A DNA stretch of 64,000 nt from Mayamaea pseudoterrestris. Its lineage: Eukaryota. This document shows, one piece after another, positions 46,774 through 57,933 of the stretch. A model generated the notes under the pieces. That model saw only the letters and a program-made list of their open reading frames with translations, was not told the origin of the DNA and did no database searches. The stretch spans positions 62,001 through 126,000 of the forward strand of contig BROI01000005.1 of assembly GCA_027923505.1 (NCBI GenBank), read 5' to 3'. A program made the translations under genes and the position numbers. Within the stretch, counting starts at the first letter, position 1. Each line of letters starts with the position of its first letter.

Positions 46774-47191
46774 GATATCAACTGTCTCGCTTCAATTTAC
46801 TGTAATTCGCCGAAAGGAATCCTTGGCTCGGAGATTTTAGGTCGTGAGGCATCGCAAGAAACGCGTTTACGTGAAAACCGAACGTGAACGTCGCCATGCG
46901 GGAGTGAAAACTCTTTTGGAAGGAACCATTTAGTACTGAAGCGACAGTCGACGAAACTTGCGTCGCGCGATGAACCATCACCATGAACGTTTCATTCGAC
47001 GGCGGCTGCAGTCTGCTCTAGCTGTAATTGCATATATTGAGCAGAAGGGATCTACTATTGCGAGTTGTTGAACAGGCCTCATAACTACCAAGAAGCAGCA
47101 ATTTCGAATCAAGTTCCTGCAGCAGCAATCAGCAATCATTAATCCATCAACTCACTACTCACTACATAACAATTAACAGCATACATACATC

Positions 47192-50056
47192 ATGGCAACT
47201 CGTCCCGTGCCATCCATATTTCGCGCCAGCAATCCCCCCAAGGGCTACGTGCCAGGCCTTGGTCGCGGCGCCACTGGCTTTTCGACGCGGGGTGACGTGG
47301 GAGCCGCCGTTCCCGAGTCGGCCGTCGAAGTGAGTGGCACGGCGAGTCGATCGGCCGAAGCCAGAGCCATATTGCGCGGCGTCAATGCGCGCAACAATAA
47401 TCACGACGCTTCCGACGGCGTTACTCAAACTGGCGCCTACGATCAATTCGAAGGCTACGTGGAGAAACCAGTCGACAACGGCCAGTTTGCGGACAACGAC
47501 GAGGACGACAACCAGGCGGACCAAATCTGGGCCGCCATTGACGAGCGCATGAAGCACAAGCGCAAGCGCAAAAACGAAACGGCCAATGAGAATGGTCAAG
47601 TATCGGCGCGAACGCGAATCAGCAGCAATTTTCGCGACGCCAAGGAGGCGCTCGGTGACATGACGCAGGACATGTGGGCAGCCATTCCAGATGTGCAAGG
47701 GGATGTTAGTTTGAAGCTAAAGCAGCGGCGGCGACAGGAAGCCTTTACGCCGATATCGGATTCACTGTTGGAGCAGCGGCATGAGCGAAACGCGGATGCC
47801 ACGGCGGGAAATGCGCGCATGGCTGGAACTGTTGTGGTGGACGGCACCCACACGAGCATGACCAACATGTCGGGCTTGAGCGCGGCGCGTGGAACGGTAC
47901 TGGGCATGAGTCTTGACAAGCAGCAGCAGGCGAGTGCGGCCTCGGGCTTGGCCACGACTGTTGTGGATGCGGCTGGATACTTGACAAGCTTGGCGGAAAC
48001 GTCGACTGTGGCACTGTCGGGTAACAGTGTTCAGGACATTCACAAGGCGCGACTACTGTTAAAAAGTGTTCGCGATACAAACCCAAAGCATGGACCGGGA
48101 TGGATTGCGTCGGCGCGTGTCGAGGAGGTGGCTGGAAAGTTGCTGCAAGCGCGCAAAATTATACAGGAAGCTTGTCAAGTGTGTCCGGATAATGAAGATG
48201 TTTGGCTCGAGGCGGCGCGCCTGCATCCACAAGGCAATGTGGCCAAGAGTATTTTGGCGACGGCTGTGCGGCGTATACCAGCGTCAGTCAAGTTGTTTCT
48301 GCGAGCGGTTGATATGGAACAGACTGATGCGGCGAAAAAGGCTGTGCTGCGCAAGGGGTTGGAGACGAATCCAACATCTGTCACCTTGTGGAAGGCTGCT
48401 ATTGAACTGGAAGACGCTGACAATGCACGTATCTTGCTGAGCATTGCGGTCGAAAAGGTACCACATGCCGTCGAGTTTTGGCTAGCGTTGGCTCGACTCG
48501 AGTCCTACGAGAATGCGCAAAAGATCTTGAACAAGGCGCGAAAAGCACTTGCCACGGAGCGAACCATTTGGATCGCTGCAGCTAAGCTTGAAGAATCTCA
48601 ATCTCATGATGATATTGTTGACAAGATTATAGAGCGTGCTGTGAAATCATTGCAAAAGAACGAAGCCGTGGTGACGAGAGTGCAATGGTTGCAGGAAGCA
48701 GAAAACGCCGAAGCCTCTGACGCGCCAATCACGAGTGCTGCCATTGTCAAGTACACGATTGGTATCGACGTTGATGACGAAGATCGTCAACGCACTTGGG
48801 CGGATGACGCAAAATCTTGTTTGGCGCGTGGATCTGTGGCAACTGCTAGAGCCATCCTTTCGCATGCACTGTCAGTCTTTCCTACGAAGCGCAGCTTTTG
48901 GATGCAGGCCGTAGAACTCGAGCGGAAACATGGGACGGCTACTACGTTGGACGAGGTACTCGCAGCAGCGAGCGAGCGTCAACCGAATGTGGAAATCTTT
49001 TGGCTACTGCGGGCGAAGGAACAGTGGCTAGCCGGAAATGTCGACAAGGCTCGGGAGGTGCTTACGGAAGCATTTAAAGCAAACCCAGAATCTGAAGCTG
49101 TTTGGCTTGCAGCTGCAAAATTGGAGTGGGAGACTGGCGAACTAGAGCGCGCACGCGTCTTGCTGCAGAGGGCAAGGGAGCGAGCGCCGACAGATCGAGT
49201 GTTTATGAAGTCAGCACTCTTTGAACGACAGCATCACAACTACGAGGCTGCCCTACACTTGATTGACGAAGGCATTACAAAGTACCCTCAATTCGCGAAG
49301 CTTTATTGTATGGGTGGCCAAATATGCTCTGATGATCTTGCTAAGAATAAGAAAAGTCTTGACCGAGCAAGAAGATTTTACCAGCGTGGGTTGGAAGAAT
49401 GTCCGACCTCGACGGTGCTTTGGATCTTGGCGAGTAGACTTGAAGAGCGTTCAGCAACATTCACACCCGACGATAATGCAAATCCAGGTGTGGGCCCAAC
49501 AAAAGCCAGAAGTCTACTGGAACTTGCCCGTTTGAAGATCCCGAAGAGTCCGGAGCTTTGGATCGAAGCGATTCGTTTGGAACGTCGGAATGGCAACGCA
49601 AAGCTCGCTGAGACACTCATGGCTCGTGCACTTCAAGATTGTCCACAGTCAGGGCTGCTGCTCGCTGAGAATATATACACTGCACCCCGCGTTGAACAGA
49701 AATCCAAGTCATCTGACGCAGTCAAGCGTTGCCCGGAGGACCCGCTCGTCATTGTTGCTGTTGCTTCGTTGTTTGCGTCAGAGCGCAAGACGGACAAGGC
49801 AAGAAAATGGTTCGATCGAGCCGTCATTTTGAATCCGGACCTGGGAGACTCCTGGGCTCGATTCTACGCGTTTGAACTCACTTCAGGAAGTTTGGAGGAG
49901 CAGCAAAAAGTGAAGGAACGATGCGTCGCCGCTGAACCAAAGCACGGCGAGATTTGGACTAGCCTCTCTAAAGCAATGGAGAATTTGTCAAAAAACACTG
50001 GAGAAATACTCGAGCTAGCATCCAAAGCGGTAACATCGTATAATAGGCTTCACTGA
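47192..50056 (+). CDS. PRP6: Pre-mRNA splicing factor PRP6 copy 1
   Basis: PPKGYVPGLGRGATGFSTRGDVG, DIHKARLLLKSVRDTNPKHGPGWIA, HAT repeats and AEPKHGEIW. Confidence 0.96.
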   Translation: MATRPVPSIFRASNPPKGYVPGLGRGATGFSTRGDVGAAVPESAVEVSGTASRSAEARAILRGVNARNNNHDASDGVTQTGAYDQFEGYVEKPVDNGQFADNDEDDNQADQIWAAIDERMKHKRKRKNETANENGQVSARTRISSNFRDAKEALGDMTQDMWAAIPDVQGDVSLKLKQRRRQEAFTPISDSLLEQRHERNADATAGNARMAGTVVVDGTHTSMTNMSGLSAARGTVLGMSLDKQQQASAASGLATTVVDAAGYLTSLAETSTVALSGNSVQDIHKARLLLKSVRDTNPKHGPGWIASARVEEVAGKLLQARKIIQEACQVCPDNEDVWLEAARLHPQGNVAKSILATAVRRIPASVKLFLRAVDMEQTDAAKKAVLRKGLETNPTSVTLWKAAIELEDADNARILLSIAVEKVPHAVEFWLALARLESYENAQKILNKARKALATERTIWIAAAKLEESQSHDDIVDKIIERAVKSLQKNEAVVTRVQWLQEAENAEASDAPITSAAIVKYTIGIDVDDEDRQRTWADDAKSCLARGSVATARAILSHALSVFPTKRSFWMQAVELERKHGTATTLDEVLAAASERQPNVEIFWLLRAKEQWLAGNVDKAREVLTEAFKANPESEAVWLAAAKLEWETGELERARVLLQRARERAPTDRVFMKSALFERQHHNYEAALHLIDEGITKYPQFAKLYCMGGQICSDDLAKNKKSLDRARRFYQRGLEECPTSTVLWILASRLEERSATFTPDDNANPGVGPTKARSLLELARLKIPKSPELWIEAIRLERRNGNAKLAETLMARALQDCPQSGLLLAENIYTAPRVEQKSKSSDAVKRCPEDPLVIVAVASLFASERKTDKARKWFDRAVILNPDLGDSWARFYAFELTSGSLEEQQKVKERCVAAEPKHGEIWTSLSKAMENLSKNTGEILELASKAVTSYNRLH

Positions 50057-50232
50057 CAGTAGTTAAGGGCTTGTTATTGTACATTCTGTAAGTCTATCTA
50101 TTGCAGATTGTATTCAGCCTCATCGACGTGATGAGGTCCGAGAAAGCAGCCAGTATCGAACAGTAGCGACAATCAGGCCTTTGTCGTACATGTTAAGACA
50201 GCAAAATTTTGACACGCTATCGCAAACCCTCA

Positions 50233-51823
50233 TCATGCAGTCGATTGCTTTCCTTGCGGCAAAATGTTCCTCATTTGCACTGACGGCTGTGGCAAAAAGC
50301 TGGACTTTTCATCTTCATTCGCACTATTATTGCTATATTGATTCGATGACTGCCGCATATTACCTTGCTTAAAATTCTCCCATTCGATTCGAAGCAGATT
50401 CCAAATCGCTCGTCGAAACACTTCTAGAAACTGCGTACACAATACAAAGGAATCGGCGCTTGGAAATATTCGATGGTAGAACCGCAGCATCCACGAGAAT
50501 CTCAACACCGAGTCCGCAATGAGAATAATGGCGCTCATTGCCACGCCGTATCGTAACCTTGGCCGGAGCCAAATGTGCCAACACTTTCGTTGTGGCGCCT
50601 TGGAGGGAGCGCACAGTGTACTTATTGGACTCTTTTGCATCATGCCCCAATCATGGACAATGTCCCTGGTGGTGGTAAAGCAGTTTTGTCGTCAGATGTC
50701 GCATGTCCTCGACTTGGTGAACCGTTTCAAACAACCACCGGCACACACGAGCATTATGAATTACTCACCAGTACAATGCATATAGTGTATTAATCACCAG
50801 CAGCAGTATCAGATACTTTTCCAATTTTTCGGCTCGCTTTGGATCAATCGTCTTTTGGTAGGCACTCAAACTGAGCGGAAAGACGGAAGTGGCATACTTG
50901 AGCGCGTTGGCCAAGTGCGTGAGTCGCTTGTGAAAGTCGTGCGAAACCTTTGGCTGAAGCTTGCAGTAGCTCCACATGACCAAACACTGGCGGGCGCGAA
51001 TCAAAAACGGAACCGCGGCGCATGCCGTTGGAATGAGAATGTTGTAGGGCGATGGAGGCACCGGGTGTGGATAGTGACTCAGTAAATGAAAGAGCATGCC
51101 CCAGTCAAAGAAAACCTTGGAGAGCGAGCACATGGCATCGGCAAAAAACACGTCAACGAATGGTACTGGTCGAAGGGCATCCGTAATGACGCAGGAGCAA
51201 CGAGGATTGACTAGTTCAAAGCATCGTTGCAGTACAATGACCGAAGCCTTTCGCAGCCACCGCGTTGACGGCAGTGGAAATACAACGGCAAAGGTGACAA
51301 CACCATAAAACGCCAAGACGGCCCCAAGCTGATTGCCTCCAAGTACATCAATCCAGACAAAATAGGTGGAATGCAAGAGAAACAGCAGCGACATGGAGAA
51401 CCAAACGAGTTTATCCCACGTAACGGCAGCATTGGCGACTTCCGGCGACTCTAACTCCTCATCCTCGTAGTAGTACTCCTCATCGTCGGATGCATACTCC
51501 AAGGCCTTTCCAATTTCGCCGTTCGAGTTGCTCCTCAGTATGGAATCATTCTGTATGATACTTGATTCCGTCCCTCGATGCCTCTTGCCGCTATTATGAT
51601 CCGACTGTGACTGTGACGATGAAAGCTCATTCTCCTTGGCTTCCAGCAGCAACACATCATGCTTGAGCACCTTGGCGTAATTAATGCCAAACATGCGATA
51701 GTAAAAAATGTTCATGCCCCATAGTGCCACGGAAGCAATGAGAACGGTCGGGCTCCGCATCATGGCGTGGGCAGGCCCCGAGCCATTGCCAAAAATTTCT
51801 CCCACCTCCTGCGTGGCGGACAT
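50233..51823 (-). CDS. EXS-domain (ERD1/XPR1-like) membrane protein copy 1, 2 exons (intron 50666..50768)
   Basis: DVFFADAMCSLSK, RARQCL, HLANALKY, YW-DIVHDWG (across the splice), LRFSW and LEVFRRAIWNLLRIEWE. Confidence 0.9.
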
Positions 51824-52373
51824 GGTTGTTACTGAGGTTGTGAAACTGAGACACTACTAAAGACTTGGCGATCTGGACTTTTCTCTTATTAGCTTCGTTC
51901 AATAACGGATTAAAAGTATCTCCCTGTGAATTTTTAATGGCTCTTGAAGTTGATTGATGGTTGATGGTTTGCGTTTACTGTGCTGATATTGATCGCTCGT
52001 TCAGCAGCAAGAAGCGGAGTGACGAACACGACTATGCTCCGTCACCAAGGTAAGCGAGGAGCTCAATTAAAAAACTTGTAGTAAGCTTAGTCGCGAGCCA
52101 ATTGTAGTTGGAGGGGGAAGGGCAGATTCCCATGGTCGTCGAGGCGCGCGAGGTGGAAAGCCGTTTTCGTCGCGAGAGCGTTTTCATCCCACGCCAGCAA
52201 TCGTGTACCGGTACGATAATCGGCGTCGTACCGTTACAAAATCGTCTTACGGTAGTCAAAATAGAATTCGAATCGTGATCGAGATCTTTGCTGCGACAGC
52301 TTGCTTCGAATAGAAGCAACTTGGATCATTATCTGCCCCAAAACAAAGTTTGCTCTCTCTCTGCAATTGAACA

Positions 52374-52637
52374 ATGGCTTCACGCGAGTACTACGATATC
52401 TTGAAACAGGCAAAAATCCACATGGATAAGCACGAGCACCGCCAGGCAGCCGACGTGTTTTGGAACTCCTTTTGCGCCTGCCCCTCACATTGGTCGCTTG
52501 GTCGGTACGATATCTTTACCTACTATACGGAGATTTTGATTGACGGCCGCGTCCAGCCTACTCACAATGATGTTGAGAACCTGCGCACCATCATCGGCAG
52601 CCACAATGGTCCCATTAATATAGACACTGCGCTCTAG
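52374..52637 (+). pseudogene. Truncated 5' part of the MYND gene fused at the duplication junction (87 aa)
   Basis: Identical to the gene at 63116 up to ..NDVENLR, then runs into antisense chromatin-gene sequence and stops. Confidence 0.85.
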
Positions 52638-53555
52638 TCGAACCTTGACTCGCATGCCAACTTGAGGAAGCAGCTTGCGCGACGAGGAGGACTTTGTAGC
52701 ATTACCGCCATTGTGGGCACTATAGTCGGCAAGCTCGAGCGGCGTGGCGCTGAGCGGCGGGGCGTGTACGTGCGGATCAAAGGCATGGTCATCGTCGTGC
52801 CCATTCTCATCGTCAATGCCAGGTCCCCATACAATGCGAAAGAGCGGTCCGTCAACTTTGGGTTCAAACTTGCGACCATCCAGTATCGAGCATCGCAGCT
52901 TGAGCGAACGACCATGCGCGGGGCTAAACTCGTATCGGTCACAGGAAAAGCCAATGGGATAGAGTGCTGCCGTTGTGCAAAAGTTGTTGTCAGCACTCGA
53001 GTCAATCAGCAAGCGCCCAAAGCTTCGAACGGTAATGTCGGCAATCGGCATGGGAAGGGATGGAACCGTTTCCTGCAACATGGCGCGGGCATCGCTTGCC
53101 GCTTCCAAGTAGAGTGGAGAAATTTGATGATGCGACAAAGATGCAGCAGCTACCCCAGTTAAAGGTTTCTTCTTCTTGGTCTTTGTTGTTGAAGAATTAC
53201 CCTTGCTTGTAGCGATTGACGACGCCTTGCTTGCTCCGCTCTTTGGGGTCGCTGGCGTTGCCTTTTTCTTCTTCTTCTTTGGCGTCGGCGCGACAATGGC
53301 AACAACGGGAACGGCTTGTATTTCTTCGTCGTCAATGTCGTCCTCATCATTGTCTGCAACCACTTCTGCGGCCGCCATGACTTCCGCATCGTCGTCATAG
53401 TCATCGCCGTCCTCGGCGGCAACGGCAATCGCGGGCGCTTCCTCGTCGTCCATCTCATCGTCGTTCAATGTTTCATGATCGTCTTCCTCCTCGTCCTCCA
53501 TCACGTGATCGTCGGCCAGAGCCGCGTCTGGAGCGTCCAACACTTCCGAAGGCAT
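52485..53555 (-). pseudogene. Truncated exon 1 of the chromatin gene fused to antisense MYND sequence (356 aa)
   Basis: Identical to the 42813 gene up to ..AADDGA, then a novel tail QVLNIIVSRL..KRPM*. Confidence 0.85.
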
Positions 53556-54330
53556 GCTTGGTCGCTACTATTGTATCAAGTCTTCAAGAAACTATGGGAC
53601 TCGCCGCCAATTCGATGTTTGTAGAGTCAATGGCCGATTATAAGGTAGAAGGACAATTTTCGGCCGCGGAAGCGTGACAAGATCGAGAGCAAGTTTTATG
53701 TGGAGAATCGCCGTAGAACTCCTACCGAATCGGTCGTAGGATCTAAAACGGCAAGCTCTTCAACACCCGAGACCTTCTCGTCGCCAATTACCAGTATTTA
53801 TATGATAGTAGGATCAAGTATAGCAACAGTAATGCGCTCAATATGGAGTCTCGAACAAATAGGTGAATACAGTGTCACACCAACAGATGGACACACACGA
53901 CAGATACGATCGACAAGCTTCGCTCCGGCAAAATGCATGATGCGTGACAAGAGCAAGCAAAAGGAGAGGCCGAGAGGAAAGCACTCGGTCGAACGAAACC
54001 TCGGAAGCCAAGATGGATTCAACCACCACGCGATTCGCCCGATCAAGGCAGTCAAGCGCGCCGTCCGCGCTTTTTAGTGTCGCAGTGATATTGAAACGTC
54101 ACGGCGTGACGTTCATGTTCTTTGAAACGGCTGGCGTGCTAACGACACAATGTTAGCTAACAGTAAGGAACGTTTGACAATGTTGTCAAAGTACAAGATC
54201 ATGCTAATTCACCACTGCTATCCAATGGCAATACCCTGCCATACCTTACTAGTGAGATTTGTAAATATACAGCACTATTGATAATCCTTCATGCTCAACT
54301 ATAAAGTCGTGTAAAAATGTAGACTTGCGA

Positions 54331-57300
54331 CTACAAGAAAAAGGGCCGTCCAGCGTACTTTTCGTCATTCACCATCTCTCCCGAATCCGAAAACATGCCC
54401 GCCAGCTCCGCAAGCTTGTGCGCCATTTGGACCGTTGCAGGGACCTTGATGGGACCAGTCCAATTCGGGTAGTCGTAACACTGACCGTGCGAGAGCCGCT
54501 TCAAGTCCAAGCGAACAAGGTCCTCGTCCTTTTGAATGACAGTAAAGCGGGTTGGCTTGGGAGTGCTAAATGGAGGAGCCGTGCCATTGAGATAAAAGGT
54601 TGGGTAGTTCAGCTCCTCAATGCTGTCAACCAGTGTTCCTACGGGTGCTCCATACGTATTGCCTCCTTGCTCCACCAGAAACTTGGTTGAAATGCGCTTT
54701 TGGCAAACAATGTAAGATAATGGAATCGGCTTGCTCTTGGCCTTGCCGACCACGTCACCTGCAAGGCCTTGGCGAATGCCTTCAATTTCCTCTCCCGCGT
54801 GTTGATCAAAGGCAGATTCGCCAATGCCATCGCGCCAGACAATGACAGACTTTGGCTCCACCTTTAGCAGCCTAATGGCCTTGGAGATGGTTTCCTTCAA
54901 AGCGTCCGCGAGCTGATATTCTTGTCCGGCAATTCGTTTAAAAGGCTTTGAGTAAATGTTAGCCTTTTTCTTGTCCTTTTCATCAATGATTTCGACAATA
55001 ACAGCCGCGCAAGAGGCTTTCCGTTCGCGCCTCCTAGTGGTGGCATTGTAAGCCATCGGAGCGTGAAAGACATCAACACCCAAGAATAGACACGGAAGAG
55101 GCAATTCTTTTGGAATATTCGTCCACCAAAGTCGCACTCCGCACTTTTGGAGAATCTGGCGAGCCACTCCCTGCAAAATCTGACCGCTCTTTTTGGCGTC
55201 TGCATTTGGGCTTCCATGGGCCATCTTTTTAAAGTTGACAAATTGAGACAAATGTCCGCCTTTTGCCAACAGCCACTTGACAATTGGATATGCTGGGTCC
55301 AAAGTTGATCTTGCCGGCCGTACAAAGTCCAAAAAGAACGTGTTGGGAGGAAGTTTTTGAGATAATTCCTGCGTCATGGCTTGCTGATGACTACCTTCGT
55401 TAACGCCAGCATCCACTATCTTCTTCGGTCTATCGCCCATGCGATAAGTGGTGCTAAATCCATTAACAAGGTTGCGAATTTGCCCGTACACTGTAATGAA
55501 GTGAAGAAGAGTTTGAGTAGGGCAAAACATCGCAAGTCAAGACTTGATGAATTTAAAACTCACCCGCCATCGACGTCCTTTCATCAAGGCTTCTGTTGCG
55601 AAAAATGATTACATTGAGCTCATTTTCCTTCTTCGGCTGTACCTTGAACTGAGCCTTGATGACCGTATTTCCAAAGTTACTGCCCGATACTTCAATGCCA
55701 GCGACAATCAGTTGAGGAGCAGGAACGACAGTCGCGCTCACTACAAGCCGTCTGTCCGCAAGATTAATCCCAATCGCCGGCAGTAAGCCACTTCGGTTCC
55801 TCGTGGATTGAGCGCCGGGGATCAAAAATCTGGAAATCGCGTCAATTTCTTCGCGTCGTCGCTCAGGCTTAAAACTGGCAATCTGAGGCAAGCGCTCCTT
55901 GACTGTCGCATCGAGTTCATTTCCTGTAATTAGTTCCGGAGGTAGAAAAATGTTCTCGTTGCGTCTCCCCGGGACAGTCACCATGGGGATTGCATTTGGG
56001 TGTACGAGCTGAACACCCTTTGAGCGAAAGTACGCCGCGTGCGTAGTTCTTGTGCCAGGAATAAGAAGCGTATTAGCACTGTTACCGAAGTCGAGATCAG
56101 CAACCGTGTAGCCTGTATGTGAGCAAGATTTTGTTAGTCAATAGCTGATCAAGAAACTATCAAGCTGAAATCGCTTTTCGTCTGTCATCATGTACGTACA
56201 TCGCTTTTCCCGTGTGTAGATCACCACCTGCCCAACCCACTTGCGCCTTTCAGCGTTTTGCTCTTGCATGGTAAACTGGGTATTCCGGCCATCCGGGTTG
56301 ATCTCATCTAGTAAGGATAGATTGCGTATCACCTTGGCACGGAGGTCCAGCGTGAGAACCAATGCCACCTTGCCGCCGATCCGTTGCAAGCCAAAATAGG
56401 CATCGTACGCCGGATAAATTGTGCAACCTCGCTCATCCTTTCCCTTTTCTGGATCATAATGGCGGCCGCCCCAGCGATCCAAACGCTCATCCAATGCTCG
56501 GTTCAGGAAAATGTTCACGTACGCTGTGAAAAGCTCTGGCGTCGCTGGCTCTGCGCCCACAATGCTCTGTTGAGTAACCGGTTGATGATTTGAATTACGA
56601 CAGTGCTGCAAAAGTGCTTGGTTGGTTTGATAAGTAGCAGTGCAGCTTCCGCATCGATGCGAATCCAAAGCGACATCCCCAGCAGGAGTCGGGGATACTA
56701 CTTGTTGAAGTAAATCAGGTGCCTTCCAGTGCTTGACTTCAATGCACCGAATAACATCACCATTCTCGTCAATTGCCAAATCCTTTGGAAGGTCAGTTTC
56801 CTCCAACCGTGGTATTTTTCGCGCCGAGAAAAAGTAGGCTCCCTGGAACGCAACGACGCGTTTCCAATCATCCTTCTCAGCGTCGGGCATGCCACTAAAG
56901 TGATTGTCCCACAAGCCAATGCGAAACAATTGAGCGCGGCGAAAGCGGCCATCAATCGGCTTGCCACTCTTGTCCGTGCATGAAACCATGTACTGATAAA
57001 AGGAGAAGAATGGAGTCACCGTGGCTTTAATGAGATTGGTCGAAACATTGCGGATGCCGCTCAAATCAGGTCCGCGGCCGCCACTGCCACGAAAACCGCC
57101 GCCGCGTCCACCTCCGCGATCCCCTCGATCGCCGCCACCTCGTCGCTCGTAGCCGGTGCTGCTTGCTCGATCGCCTCCGCGTCCCTGATAACCTCCGCCT
57201 CCACCGCGTCCCTGATAGCCTCCTCCACCGCCACGCCCCTGATAGCCACCTCCTCGATCGCCACCGCCACTGCGATATCCTCCTTGCTGCCGGCCTCCTC

Positions 57301-57515
57301 CTCCATCACCTCTTGCTCCTCCACGACGTCCTCCGCCGCCGCTTCCTCGATCTGCAGTCGTAATAATGTAAATTGAGAACGTGTAAAAAGATGAGAATCT
57401 GCTGCTGCTAAACCGATCACTCAATCTTGCAATTTTGCCGCCTCCAGCAAAGCAACTCACCACCACCACCTCCTCCTCGTCCATAGTCACGTCTTCCTCC
57501 TCCTCGTCCCGACAT
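54331..57515 (-). CDS. AGO: Argonaute/PIWI family protein copy 2
   Basis: Duplicate of 43589..46773; the only difference noticed is synonymous (TAT/TAC Tyr). Confidence 0.95.
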
Positions 57516-57933
57516 GATATCAACTGTCTCGCTTCAATTTACTGTAATTCGCCGAAAGGAATCCTTGGCTCGGAGATTTTAGGTCGTGAGGCATCGCAAG
57601 AAACGCGTTTACGTGAAAACCGAACGTGAACGTCGCCATGCGGGAGTGAAAACTCTTTTGGAAGGAACCATTTAGTACTGAAGCGACAGTCGACGAAACT
57701 TGCGTCGCGCGATGAACCATCACCATGAACGTTTCATTCGACGGCGGCTGCAGTCTGCTCTAGCTGTAATTGCATATATTGAGCAGAAGGGATCTACTAT
57801 TGCGAGTTGTTGAACAGGCCTCATAACTACCAAGAAGCAGCAATTTCGAATCAAGTTCCTGCAGCAGCAATCAGCAATCATTAATCCATCAACTCACTAC
57901 TCACTACATAACAATTAACAGCATACATACATC

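Noticed and set aside
50128..50165. TGATGAG..GAAA resembling a hammerhead ribozyme or C/D snoRNA
   Set aside because: The core is GTGATGA rather than CTGATGA, stem II does not pair, and no convincing D box or terminal stem is present.
15684..57515. MBD genes, INTS2, the chromatin factor and AGO as one functional silencing gene cluster
   Set aside because: They are interspersed with unrelated housekeeping genes and the MBD genes belong to a compositionally distinct insertion, so co-location is probably coincidental.
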